Origin: Blepharisma stoltei ATCC 30299
Lineage: Eukaryota; Protista; Ciliophora
DNA: 64,000 nucleotides
Assembly (NCBI GenBank): GCA_965603825.1
Contig: CBFDEM010000055.1
Coordinates: 62,001-126,000, forward strand
Reading direction: 5' to 3'
Part shown: positions 11,583 through 22,905 of the stretch, piece by piece
Numbering within the stretch: the first letter of the stretch is position 1
Layout: each line of letters opens with the position of its first letter
Notes under the pieces: model-generated
The model's database searches: none
Told to the model about the DNA's origin: nothing
What the model saw: the letters and a program-made list of their open reading frames with translations, nothing else
Made by a program: the position numbers and the translations under genes

Positions 11583-12983
11583 CTACTCGTTATCCAATTT
11601 AGGTATCTCCATCTGTATAACAGGAGGATCATTTTTTTGATCTCCACCAAAATCTGTTTCTGTAATTTTTCTAGAAATTAACTGACGAATTCCAGAGTTC
11701 AGCAAATTTTTTCTCGTCAGAGTTCTCTTTCTAATTTTGTTTTTAACTTCTTTTAAAATTTCATTAGTTTTTTCGATTGTTGAACCTTTTGGAATTTCGA
11801 CCTCCAAGAAGCTAAAAATCGGTTCTAAGTTTGGCCTTGGAGTTAATTCTTCATATCCAGCAGCAGCTCTAACAGAAAGAGCTGAATTTTTTTCGATTAA
11901 TTCAGAAATTTGCCTCTCAAGATCTTCTTGGGTTTCATATGATTGTTTAAGCTTATATAAAATCGTAGCATACCCATGAGTCATCGTGTCGTGTGTCTTT
12001 TTAAGCTCATCATAGTTGCGATTTAGAGCACTGTAGTCGCTATTTAATTTCTGCATTAGTTCGTCTGATATTTTGCTTTTTTTTTGGTAGTCAACGATTA
12101 TTCTATTGTCTTCGTCAGCGTTATAACGTAATCCTATGATATCATGCTGTAAAACCGAAACTTTATTGAGTAAAATAAAATTTTCTTTTGTTTTTTGATC
12201 AAGCTCTGCTTTGTATTTGCTATTTTCTTCTAATATTTTTTCATTTTCTTTATCATGAAGTTCAATTTTTCCATTTAATTTTTCTATTTCCTCTTTTAAT
12301 TTATCAATTTCAAGCTTACAATTTTCTTTAATTTTATTGACGGTTTCAATTGTGAAGTATTCTTTAGTGTCTTTTTTCTTTAGTTTCAAAGGATATAGGT
12401 AAAAGAACGGAATAAGCCCATCTAAATCAGTTATTGTTTCTGGGTAACTTTCATAAACATATTCAAGCACATCTTCTTCCACTTCTCCTTTATTAATGAA
12501 AATAGCATTTCTTATTTCTTCAACAATCCTTTTAAGCTCATCTTTATATTTCCCATCTTCATTAGACAAAATTTCAAGAGCTTTTATAATCATTTTTATT
12601 CTATTTAATGTACGTTTAGGCTCTTTATCATCGTCAAAAAGGTTTCTAAGTGCCAAAACGAGGTCTAATTTTGTTTTTAAAACAGTAGAGCTGAAGCTTT
12701 TTGTGGAATTCCTATCAGATAAGCACTCAGTTTTGCTATTTTTATATGATAGCTTTCGGTATGTTTGAGAATCGAGAATATCGGATGGTATTGGTGTCCT
12801 GCTTAGTGTTTCTCCTGTGTTTAGAAGTAAAATACTGTTTCTCCTTTCGGATTTAGTATTAGGAAATAAGAAGCCTGAGGATGTATAAGTTAGTGGAGTT
12901 AGAGAACCTGAGCTATTGTACGTTGGAGTTTGATGATGAATAACTGGCAGCGGCGTTCGAGAAACCTTTTTACTTTGCTTCAT
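11583..12983 (-). CDS. Coiled-coil protein, tandem paralog B
   Basis: First ATG at 12983 (the track start is a TTG). Collinear with paralog A. Confidence 0.85.
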   Translation of the reverse strand: MKQSKKVSRTPLPVIHHQTPTYNSSGSLTPLTYTSSGFLFPNTKSERRNSILLLNTGETLSRTPIPSDILDSQTYRKLSYKNSKTECLSDRNSTKSFSSTVLKTKLDLVLALRNLFDDDKEPKRTLNRIKMIIKALEILSNEDGKYKDELKRIVEEIRNAIFINKGEVEEDVLEYVYESYPETITDLDGLIPFFYLYPLKLKKKDTKEYFTIETVNKIKENCKLEIDKLKEEIEKLNGKIELHDKENEKILEENSKYKAELDQKTKENFILLNKVSVLQHDIIGLRYNADEDNRIIVDYQKKSKISDELMQKLNSDYSALNRNYDELKKTHDTMTHGYATILYKLKQSYETQEDLERQISELIEKNSALSVRAAAGYEELTPRPNLEPIFSFLEVEIPKGSTIEKTNEILKEVKNKIRKRTLTRKNLLNSGIRQLISRKITETDFGGDQKNDPPVIQMEIPKLDNE

Positions 12984-14355
12984 TTTTGTAATATTCAATT
13001 ATTTTCCAACAATTGTTGAGTTTAAATTTTAAAGGATAGTTAATGCAAGATAATAATTTAGGTAATTTTGATTAATTTTTGTTTTTTTTGAATTTATTAC
13101 TTAGTATTGAATGATTTTGACCTCTTATGCAGGATGCCCAGGCATTAATGTCAGGCTTTTAATAAGTGACAATAATTTTTTGAATTTATTAGTAAACATT
13201 TAAATAATTTTAAAAAGCATTAGATATTTTTATTGAAAATTGATGTTTAAGATGAAATTAGGTGTCATTCAGTAAGATTTTCTGTAATTCTTCCTCCAGC
13301 TTGTTTCTTTTGGTAAAAGCATAATTATACTTCAATTTTAATAATTTTATTATTTTTTGACAATTAAACCATGCAATTCGGCATATAAGATGCTACGCAA
13401 GTCTTTATGTTGTCAGATCTTCTCTATTCTTCTTATTGGCTTTATGGAATTCGAAAAGCTCGCTGAATTCTATCGTTTTTTCCTTAATTATTTGGCTGAT
13501 GATATCTTGATTAATTCTAGATCCATATTATTATGAGATTTGGAGAATTTTGCAATATTTTGGACTTGGAAAAATATTATTCCAGACCGAAACGGATACC
13601 AAATTCAAGGTTAATTATATAGTTGATCATCATAATGAACTAATGCTAACCCTTGAGAATTATACTCCTATTCTGTGATCAGCTATAAGTTAATTAATAT
13701 ACACTATATTGTATCTGTCTTGAGAAAGATTATCTTTTAGAATTTTACCTCAGTAGCAGCTTGCTGATGGAAGTTACTTTTATTTTTTATCATTTTCATA
13801 GCTACGAATTCTTTGTCTTTATAAATATGCTTTAAATAATTGCCCAACATATGTGGTCACCTAAAGAAAATCTATATTTAATGTATAACAATTATTTTAA
13901 GTATTTGAATTATTTTAAAAATATTACGAAAATATTTTACCACTTTATTAGGTTTAATTTTTGCTATACCTAATTACAGAATCTGTGCTAGTAAATAGTT
14001 GTCCTGATTTTGCATATAGAAAATTTTAGTCTCTTTTAATTAGATATATTTTGAAAAAAGAATATAAAATATAAAAACAGTTTTAATCATTAGAAATAAT
14101 TTTAATATTTTTTCTTAAGTCTTTAAATTATATTTCAAAGTTAATTTCTTTTGGTTTATTAGAGATCTTGCATGGATTTAGTTAATAAAATATAAGAATT
14201 GTCCCGTTAAAGGACAAAGATATTCAGAATTTCATAATGATTTAATCTTAAACAAGTTCAATAAAAAGCAAAGAAAAATTATGCAATAAGCCCAGAGTTC
14301 TCTTAGCAAAGAACCTACAAACAAAATATTAAGAAAATATTTGAAGTATAAGACC

Positions 14356-15375
14356 TTAATTAAATCTATCCAAGCTCTTACATACTTCTGGGTGCTTGCA
14401 ATGTGCGCATCTCGGTATTTTACTATGTTTTTTATGTAAAATATGCTCTTTTACTATAGTTGCCAGTGCACTAATAAATAGCGGATTGTCATTTGGCCCA
14501 GGTGTGCGCTTAACATTCATTCCTTTTCCATTGCATTCTTCTATGTATAGTTTATCAAGCTCATATAAAGTTTCTAAATGATCTTGAGTAAATGCAATTG
14601 GAATAATCAGCACATCTTTTTTCCCTTGTTCTCCAAGTGATAGCAACGCTTTGTGAGTATTTGGCTCAAGCCATTGCTGAAACCCTACTTTGCTTTGCCA
14701 GAATAAGTGGCTTTCGTTTCCGAAATAGCTGGAAATTAGATTGACTGAGGTCGAAATTTCAATAGGATATCGATCTCCACTCCACGCAACCTTTGCAGGA
14801 ATTGAATGAGCTGTGAAAGCCAAAACCACCTTTTCAGGGTTTGCAAAGCTTGCTAAGTGGCTTTTGATTGTCTCGACCCAGAAGTTGATAAATGCTGGAT
14901 GATCTCCCCATCTAGAAATTGTTGACAATTCCATATCGGGCGAAACGTGATTTAAAACTTCACGTAAAGCATTTCCAGTAGTAGCGCAGCTATAATGAGG
15001 GTACTGGGTGAATGCTATGACCTGCTTTACTTTATCATTTTTCAGTTCTGAAATAGCTTCATCTGTAAGAGGAGAGCTATAGCGGAAGCATTTGTAAAAT
15101 TTATGAGGAGCTGATTCAGGCAAAGTTTTGTCTAAAATTGAGACCAACTGTTGACCTTGAATATTTGTCCACTTGGATAAAGGAGAAAAGCCTATAGCTG
15201 AGTATTGCTTTTGGACAGAAGTTCGTGCACGGATTCTTGCGATTTTCGGACCAAGGTTAAAAGGAATAGGAATGAAGGATTTATCAGAGAACATTCGGAC
15301 TAGAAACGGCTCCACTTCAGCAAGCGTTGTAGGACCGCCTAAGTTCATAAGAAGAATCCCTGTTTTCACTGTCAT
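14356..15375 (-). CDS. FECH: Ferrochelatase (protoheme ferrolyase), [2Fe-2S] type
   Basis: KTGILLMNLGGP, FTQYPHYSCATTG, FTAHSIP, WQSKVG, PIAFTQDHLETLYELD, C-terminal CAHCKHPEVC. First ATG at 15375. Confidence 0.96.
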   Translation of the reverse strand: MTVKTGILLMNLGGPTTLAEVEPFLVRMFSDKSFIPIPFNLGPKIARIRARTSVQKQYSAIGFSPLSKWTNIQGQQLVSILDKTLPESAPHKFYKCFRYSSPLTDEAISELKNDKVKQVIAFTQYPHYSCATTGNALREVLNHVSPDMELSTISRWGDHPAFINFWVETIKSHLASFANPEKVVLAFTAHSIPAKVAWSGDRYPIEISTSVNLISSYFGNESHLFWQSKVGFQQWLEPNTHKALLSLGEQGKKDVLIIPIAFTQDHLETLYELDKLYIEECNGKGMNVKRTPGPNDNPLFISALATIVKEHILHKKHSKIPRCAHCKHPEVCKSLDRFN

Positions 15376-15555
15376 TAAATTTACTGAAGATATCAGCAGA
15401 AGTGAATAAATAAATAAAATAAAATAAAAAAACAAAAGATATTTGGATATAAAGATATAACTTTTGAAAACTTTGGTTGGTTTTGATAAAGGATTGTGGA
15501 TGTTAATCAATTTTTTTATATTAACTTACTAGGCTATCTAGGGTCCAATTTTTCT

Positions 15556-18024
15556 TTAATTTAATTCCTGGTGATTTTCTAAAAATTTAACAATTTTTTC
15601 AACTTTTCTTTTGTCTCCTAATTTCTCTAGTCCACCTCTAATTTCTTTCATTATTTGGAGAGCTTGTGGCAAATCAAAAGACATTTCTAATAAAAATCCT
15701 TTCCAGAAAAGTGCTTTTAGCCTAAAAATTTCTTTCTTTTTATTGCTGTGGCTAAATTTTAGTAACGTCAGAAAATCTTCTATTGCACACAAGCCATCCT
15801 CAATGCTCTGTCTGTGCATAACTGAAATTTTTCCGATTTTATATAAAAATTTCGGATCAGAACACAGTGAAAATAACACAGAATTTGTCTGTTTTGGGAC
15901 TTCTAAAGGCATTTTTCTGCTACTTCTGTTTTCTTCAATTTTGTGGCTTAGTGATTTTAACCAATTTTCATTTGTCGACAATCTTCTTTCTAATGGACTG
16001 ATCTCTTCCCCAGCTTCGTCTTCTACTATTTTTGCAGCCAATTCTCCTTCTTGTGATATTCCAGGCTGAACCTGCTCTTTAAGAAAAGACTCAAAATACT
16101 CCCCTGATAGAATATTTGCCTGGGAATTTCTGTAGTTTGTATAATTATAAGACCTTGATGTTTCTATTGCAGTTGCTGACGCATTGGCAAGATCGTCTAC
16201 AGTTTTAGCTTTTTTAAGAGTCTTTGTATAAGGGACTTCCGCAAATGGTAAAGGAGGAAAAACTTTGGCTAAGCATTTAAGTAAATTTATAGCTTTTGCA
16301 GCTTGGTTGTTTATTGCTAAAATATCTGCATATAAAATATGCGCTTCCATCCATACAGAAACAGGTATATCAGGACTGCTACATCTAATAATCATAGCTT
16401 TTCCTAACTTTTTCATTAGTCTATACTCTCTTTTAATTTTCAGTGATTTAAACATTTGGGAGTAAATTTTTATGCTGAATTCCCCATTATTTGATGCTTC
16501 TTCAAGCTGCGCAATTGCTTCATCTTCATCTCCTTCAAGGTAAATAATTTTGGAATACATAATATCTCCAATATCTTTTTGGAAATTTTTTATTTCTGCA
16601 CATGCTTTTTTGCATCTTTCAAATTCCTGTGGGGTCAGATTTTTGCTTAATTCTTTTTCTACTGAAATTTTCATGTCAATTTTTGGTTTAAGTTCTTCGA
16701 GTTTTGTAGTCATTTCACTGAGTTTTTGGGATGGAGAATTTCCAAGATGCTTGATAGCTTTTTTTATAGTTGAAAAAGCATCAAAGAGCTTGTTTTGGTT
16801 AATATAGGCGAGGGAAAGCCAATAATAAATTTTGCCGAATCTTGATTTTTTGCAAAGTCTTAAACATTCGTGCAAAGCGTCAATAGCAGAATTTATATAA
16901 CTTTTGTCGCCTGATTTTGAGCTTAGCCTTCCGTAATGGTATAAAAATGATGTATAAGTAGGATGCTCAGTATATTTTTGCAGCAGAAGCCCTAAGCAGT
17001 TATTAAGCTTCTTATTGCGAAAATAGCTTTTTGCATAGCGGAAACAGAAATATATATAATATTGATGATAATCATAGTCAATAATCCTTAAAAATGCCTC
17101 AGCAGAAATTCCTTCACAAAGTTCATAATCTTTTGTAGTATAATAAGTGTATTCCCATAATATCACATAAGCTTCAGGCCTATCCTGGTTGCTCTTAATT
17201 AACTCTTGTAAAATCAGCAATGCCTTATTAGTCTCTTTATTTTTCAAGAAAAACTTGCTCCAAGCCAAATATCCATAGTAAGTGTCAATTTCTTTTATAT
17301 GGCTTGCATAATATTGAGGCAATTCTATGTCCACGCTATGTTTAAGGCCGCTATCCATAGCCATTTCAAACAACCCCCATAGAATTTCTAATTGATTGGG
17401 TAACTGCGTCAGCAAAATTTCCATCATTCTTTTAGTATTTTGCAGCTCTGGTTTATTATTTATTGAGGTTTTTAATTGTAAAAACGCATACCATGTATTA
17501 TAAAGTGCATCTTTGGGCATATATTTTAAAGCTTCTTTTATATGGCTTAGTGCTTTAGGATAATCTCTCTCATAAATATATAGTCGCCCCAGACCAAAAT
17601 GAGCTTCATAACAGCCTGGCATTTTGTCAATTGTGCCTTGGAAAACGTCTTTACAAGAGCTTATTTCGTAGTCAGGAATAATATCACATAAGGTTTTTTC
17701 TCTCATTAAATATCACATAAAGCAAGATCCTGATTCAATTAAGATTTTTCTTTCAATTTGAAATAGCAAGGACGAGCCCATCTTAAAGCCCTTGTATTGT
17801 TTTCGGCGCTGCTCAAGCTGCTCTTGGACCATCATATCAACACGCTCTGTTGAATATAGAGAAAGCCTTGGTGAGTATAATGGGTCTTGAGATTCTTCTT
17901 CCTCTTTAAGTTTTTCTTTGACAATTCTGTTCCTTTGAGAAATTCTGATGCGGGATTTGATTGATTCATAAAAATCGTCGCCTATTCTGCTTTCGTCGAC
18001 TTCTTGGATCTTGTAAGTGTCCAT
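15556..18024 (-). CDS. TPR-repeat protein (~820 aa)
   Basis: Two ORFs joined by TGA at 17713-17715. TPR-like helices (YEAHFGLGRLY...ALSHIKEALKYMP). Confidence 0.85.
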
Positions 18025-18073
18025 TTAATTAGTCAACTATTTAGAGAGGAAAAGGATTTTTATGATTTTTATG

Positions 18074-21034
18074 TTAAGAATATTTATTTCGCTTGGAGTT
18101 TGTCTGCCGTTTGTAATACTTGTAGAGGAAAAACAAAGCAGCGAACGTTAAAAAGGATATTAGGATGTATTCTAGAAATTTGAATGTTTCGGTGTTTTCT
18201 TGAGCATTTTCGAGTTTTACAAGCTTTATTTTGCTTTTTTGAGAGTGCTTATCAGCTGTGCTGTCATTTCCTATGATTTTTGGAGTTTGCTTGCCTTCAT
18301 TGCTTTCCTCTTTTATATCAGATAAATTATTGATTATTCTAAAAGTTGCAATTTCCATACTGCCTAGCATTAGCGTACCCCATGCATCATTATATTTTCC
18401 TCCTAGCTTCTGCGCCATCCCATTGCCTTCATTTCGATAAAATTCGATTTCTTTAACAGTTTTTAATTTTTCATTAATTTTATAGTCCATAAACCCTCCA
18501 AGCAGTTTTCTTTCTTTAACATCAACACCTTTTATATTTAAACTCTGTGATCCTTTATTGAAATTCCAAACCCTTATTACAGTATTCTCATTCTTCACGA
18601 CTCCGCTCAGCAAATAAAATCTTTGATCATTTATTCCTATATTGTAATGTGTTTTATATTTCCATTTCTCTTTTAATTCTTGGCCAAAATACCATTTATT
18701 TTCACTTATCGTTAGACTTTTTTCATCAATTATTGGAAATATTATTGGATCATTTTTAGATTCAAGAGAAGATTTCCAGTATTCTGTATGGTCCAAAGTT
18801 CCAAACTCAAAATCAAATACATGCTCAGCAAGCTCTTGGTCGTTTAAGCCTTGCAGAAGGCCAAAACCATCATCATTATTTAAATTTCTTTGTAGCAAAA
18901 GCTCAAAAGCACTATTGCTTACAATTCCGAGCCCAAGTGTAAATTTTGGAAAAGCAGCCATATAAATATTCTCTAACTTTACCATAAAACCTCCAGGGAT
19001 AGGATACATGTTCATTCCTTTTCTAGATGGGCGGTTTTCACTGATATATTTTCTTAACCTTAAATCCCCAGTATTAGAAGTGCCTAGCCATGCTGCATCT
19101 TTTATATTGATACTGGAAAAGCGAACAGTGATTTCTTCGTTAGAATAAGCATAAGCGCCATATTTTCATATAAACTTAGGCTCATTGTACAAAATTACTG
19201 TTTGATAGTAATAATTTAGCCCGGCTATCTCTTTTGTTCTTTTATATAAAAATTGAGCGACACTCACGATAGGACCATGAGATATCATGAATGAGCTTAA
19301 TTTTAAATCAGAAACTTCTTCTCCTGAATCTTTTGGCTGAAAAGCATAAGCACCGCTGGCTTCACCATAGTAGCTTCAAAATTGCTGTTTCCAGTCTGTC
19401 TTAATATCTTTATATTGGATATAATCAGACATTCCATATTCATTGAATTTTATAGTGTAAAATGAGTCAGAAATTTTTAGCTGCTCATTGCTGCTTGATC
19501 CTTTGGAACAATAATGGCAATTTTCTGAATTTTCAATAATAAACATTGTTTGGTAGGAAAGTGCAGGCAATTCAATTTTGAAATAAATTGTATAATTCGA
19601 GTCCAAAATATTTTTGACTGACTGCGATTTTATAGCATTCAGATTTCAGTCATAAATTTCTAAATAATTAAATTTTGAGGTTAAAGAAATCAACTTTTTA
19701 GCATTTCAGTTCAATGGATTGTGAACAATAATGGTCCTATAAGGCTTGAAAAATTCAATTTTGTCAGGGTTTTTACCTGCATCAATTAGCATAATCCTCA
19801 AAGCATCATTTATAGCACTAACAGCTTTCGATTTTTCTTTATCTAGCCTAGACTTAAAATCTGCATACACATGGTCTTTACAAGTACCTGTTATAATGTC
19901 ATGGTGTAGACTTAAGCTAGCCTGATCCGAATCATATTGCTTGTCTTCAATAAAAGCCTTTGAAATTTCTGCTGATCTTGTAAGCTTGTGTGTGTTAAAT
20001 ATTAATTTTTTGAGATTTGGCCTTGATGTGTAAAAGCCTGTCCAATATGTAGGTCTTCCACCTTTTAAAGTGACATATGGGAAAAAGTCACCTTTATAAT
20101 AAGAAAATGCGTTGAAACTTTGTTGAACTGCTTCAAAGTATTCACTCGGCGTAGCGATTCGTAAGGAAAACTTTAGTTTCTTGAATTTTGGAGAAGCGTT
20201 AATATAATCTCTTAAGTTTTCTATATATGAAAATAGCCCTCTTGCTTTATTTATCTCATTATATGAGAAATCTTCACCATATAAAAGCATGATTTTATCT
20301 GTTTTATATGCAGATTTTCTATCAATAGCAAAATCATATAATTCTTCAGAGCTACATTAATGTTACCAAGTATCTAAATCTTTGGTTGCATTACAGTAAT
20401 CATTGGAATTTATATTAAAAAGGCTTGGATAATCATAATGATCATATAAAAGATGTGTAAAAATCATATGATTATCTCCAATTTCTGAGCCTTTTCATAT
20501 AAATTCCAAGTTCCCATCTTCAATCAATTGCTCTTTATAGCGATAATTAACTCGATTTATAACCAAAAACTCATACCCAAAATTCGCAAGTATAGCAGGA
20601 GTTAGTGCTGAGTGCCCAAACGGATCAATTTGCCAGGCAACCCTAACTTTCTCTATCCCAAAGTTCTCATACAAATAGTTATGCCCAGTTTCGATTTGCC
20701 TAATAACCATTTCAATATCAGGGTTTGCCTCATCACTTTGAACAAATCCTCCACCTACAATTTCAAGTCTCCCTTCACTTATGAACCTTTTTATTACTTC
20801 TTTATCGTCTGCTTCAGCTTCATCCATAAACATTTTGAGGAATGATGTTTCAGATCATACGAATTTCCTATCATGATTTTCTGATAGTAAAGTAATTATG
20901 TTTTGAAAAATGCTTCTCACTTGTTTTTTGTAGTAGTCCTCAATTGTTTCTACTCAGCCCAGGTCGCAGTGACTGTGTGGGATGATAAAAAACTCAATTG
21001 CAAAACAAATCGGAAGAAAAATAAGCCAAATCAT
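18074..21034 (-). CDS. GH38 alpha-mannosidase with signal peptide and C-terminal TM segment
   Basis: IPHSHCDLGW(TGA), GRLEIVGGGFVQSDEA, AWQIDPFGHS, YWTGFYTSRP, HHDIITGT, SGAYAFQP. Several TGA=Trp and one 15-nt intron (20352-20366). Confidence 0.93.
20352..20366 (-). other. 15-nt intron GTAACATTAATGTAG
   Basis: Removal deletes an in-frame TAA and gives DLDTC|SEELY. Confidence 0.9.
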
Positions 21035-21133
21035 AATTAATAGTTAAAAAAGTATTATCTTAATTAAATTAATAATTATTAATGACACTAAATATTTAAA
21101 AAAACATACCTCCACATTATAAATTTAGAAATA

Positions 21134-22117
21134 TTAAATATTGGAAATACTATTAGGAGTCCTAAATTCTGCTTCGCATCAGCTTGTAAATACATTTTCA
21201 GCAGAGTAGATTGTGTTTACTATACTGTTTATGTAAAACTCTTGAATAGCTTTTTCTTCTTTCTCCTTCAGCTTTATAGGCTTATGCGGTTGGGCTGCAT
21301 TATACCAGCTAAAATTTTGTTGTGCTAAAGCTAAGCCTTCTGCAGGGGCTAAGGGTAATTCAATTAGAGGCTCTTTAAAAGATTCTTCAATAATCCCTTT
21401 ATCAAACTTTCCTAATAAAATGCCTAAAGAAGTTCCAAGCATTTTTCTTATTTGATGATATACAAAACTTTGTCCAGTGATATTAAATTTGATAAAATCA
21501 ATCCCTTTATAATGCAAAGGATCGTTGTGTGCTTCAAATTTTATTATATATCGTTTGGATTCTGGTAAATCACTTGTAAGTCTCTTTGAATAGTTATGGA
21601 ACAAATGGGTGCCTTCCAATAGCCTTGTATACCCGTTCAGCTCATTTATTTTGTCAGTGCTGAATCTTTCTCCTGGAAATAAGCTATGATAAGGAAATAG
21701 ATATTCATAGACTCTGAAATCTGCGTACTTTTTTGCATTGAAGCTTTTTGTGACCTGCCTTATTCCAAAAATCCTTACATCTTCTGGTAAATATTGGTTG
21801 ATTGTTTCAATCATATCATCGTCACAGCGATTGTCCCACATAATTTTTACCCCTGCAATCGTCAAAATTGCATGAACTCCTTTATCAGTCCTTGATACCC
21901 TGCTTCATTTGATTTTCTCAAGGTCGTGACGATTGGACTCTGATATGCATCCAGCCTGAAATAGGGCTTGCTCCATAACTCCTTCTACAGTTCTTAAATT
22001 TTTTTCGACCGCTTGCATTTGGCTGCCTTTAAATTGGCTTCCATTATATGCGAAAAGAAGCGCGACTTTTCTTTTGCATGCTTCTTCCTTAATTATTCTA
22101 TTCAAGGACCTTATCAT
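21134..22117 (-). CDS. PUS1: tRNA pseudouridine synthase, TruA/Pus1 family
   Basis: KRKVALLFAYNGSQFKGSQ, SRTDKGVHA (catalytic Asp), GTHLFHNYS, GQSFVYHQIRKM. TGA=Trp at 21905 and 21179. Confidence 0.9.
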
Positions 22118-22283
22118 ATAAATGGTAAAAGAGAAAATTAGTTTACTAAACCTTCAAATAAATTAATTTTTGAAGCTTAGTCATAGAAATCTTGCTTTCA
22201 AATAGACTTTTAAAGTCCTAGAAATATTTGCCTAAATTAGAAAACTTTACTTAAAATTTATAAACTCTTATAAATTAAAAATA

Positions 22284-22805
22284 ATGAGCTCAGATGGCCC
22301 TCAAATAACTTTAGTCGCAAAAGATAGCGTCAAAGTAAAAGTGAGTGTAGAATTCAGGAACATCAGCCACTTAATCAAGAGTATTTTAGAAGATTCCTCA
22401 CCTAACGAAGAAATTTCAGTTGAGTTTATCCAAGAGCCTGTGCTTGCCAAAATCATAGAGTTTGCAGAACATCACCATTATCGTCCCCCTGCTTCCCCAA
22501 AATGCCCACTTACTAGTAATATTTTAAGTGACGCTTTAAGTGATGATTGGGACATAAATTTTGTCAAAAATCTTACTCGAGAACAGCTAATTGATTTAAT
22601 TCAAGCAGCAAGATATTTAGATGTAAAATCACTGCTAGATATTTGTATAGCAACACTTGCAGCAAGCTTCAAAGGGAAAGAAATTGATGATATAAATAGA
22701 GAGTTCAATATAATAGAAGATTTTACTTTTGAAGAAGAAGAAAAATTAAAAAATGATTTCCCATGGGTGATGGATATGGATGTTAAATCGATATTTCATA
22801 AATAG
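22284..22805 (+). CDS. SKP1-family protein
   Basis: VLAKIIEFAEHH, WDINFV, LIDLIQAARYLDVKSLLD, KGKEIDDINREFNIIEDFTFEEEEKL. Confidence 0.9.
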   Translation: MSSDGPQITLVAKDSVKVKVSVEFRNISHLIKSILEDSSPNEEISVEFIQEPVLAKIIEFAEHHHYRPPASPKCPLTSNILSDALSDDWDINFVKNLTREQLIDLIQAARYLDVKSLLDICIATLAASFKGKEIDDINREFNIIEDFTFEEEEKLKNDFPWVMDMDVKSIFHK

Positions 22806-22905
22806 GCTAAATAATCAATTATTACAAATAAGCGGCTTTATATTATTCACAAGAGTAAAACAATTCTGATTTAATATTCTCTTATTCATATTTTATAAGG
22901 CTAAT

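Noticed and set aside
13100-14300. Gene or element in the long AT-rich spacer
   Set aside because: Only short broken minus-strand frames; no motif or repeat I can support.
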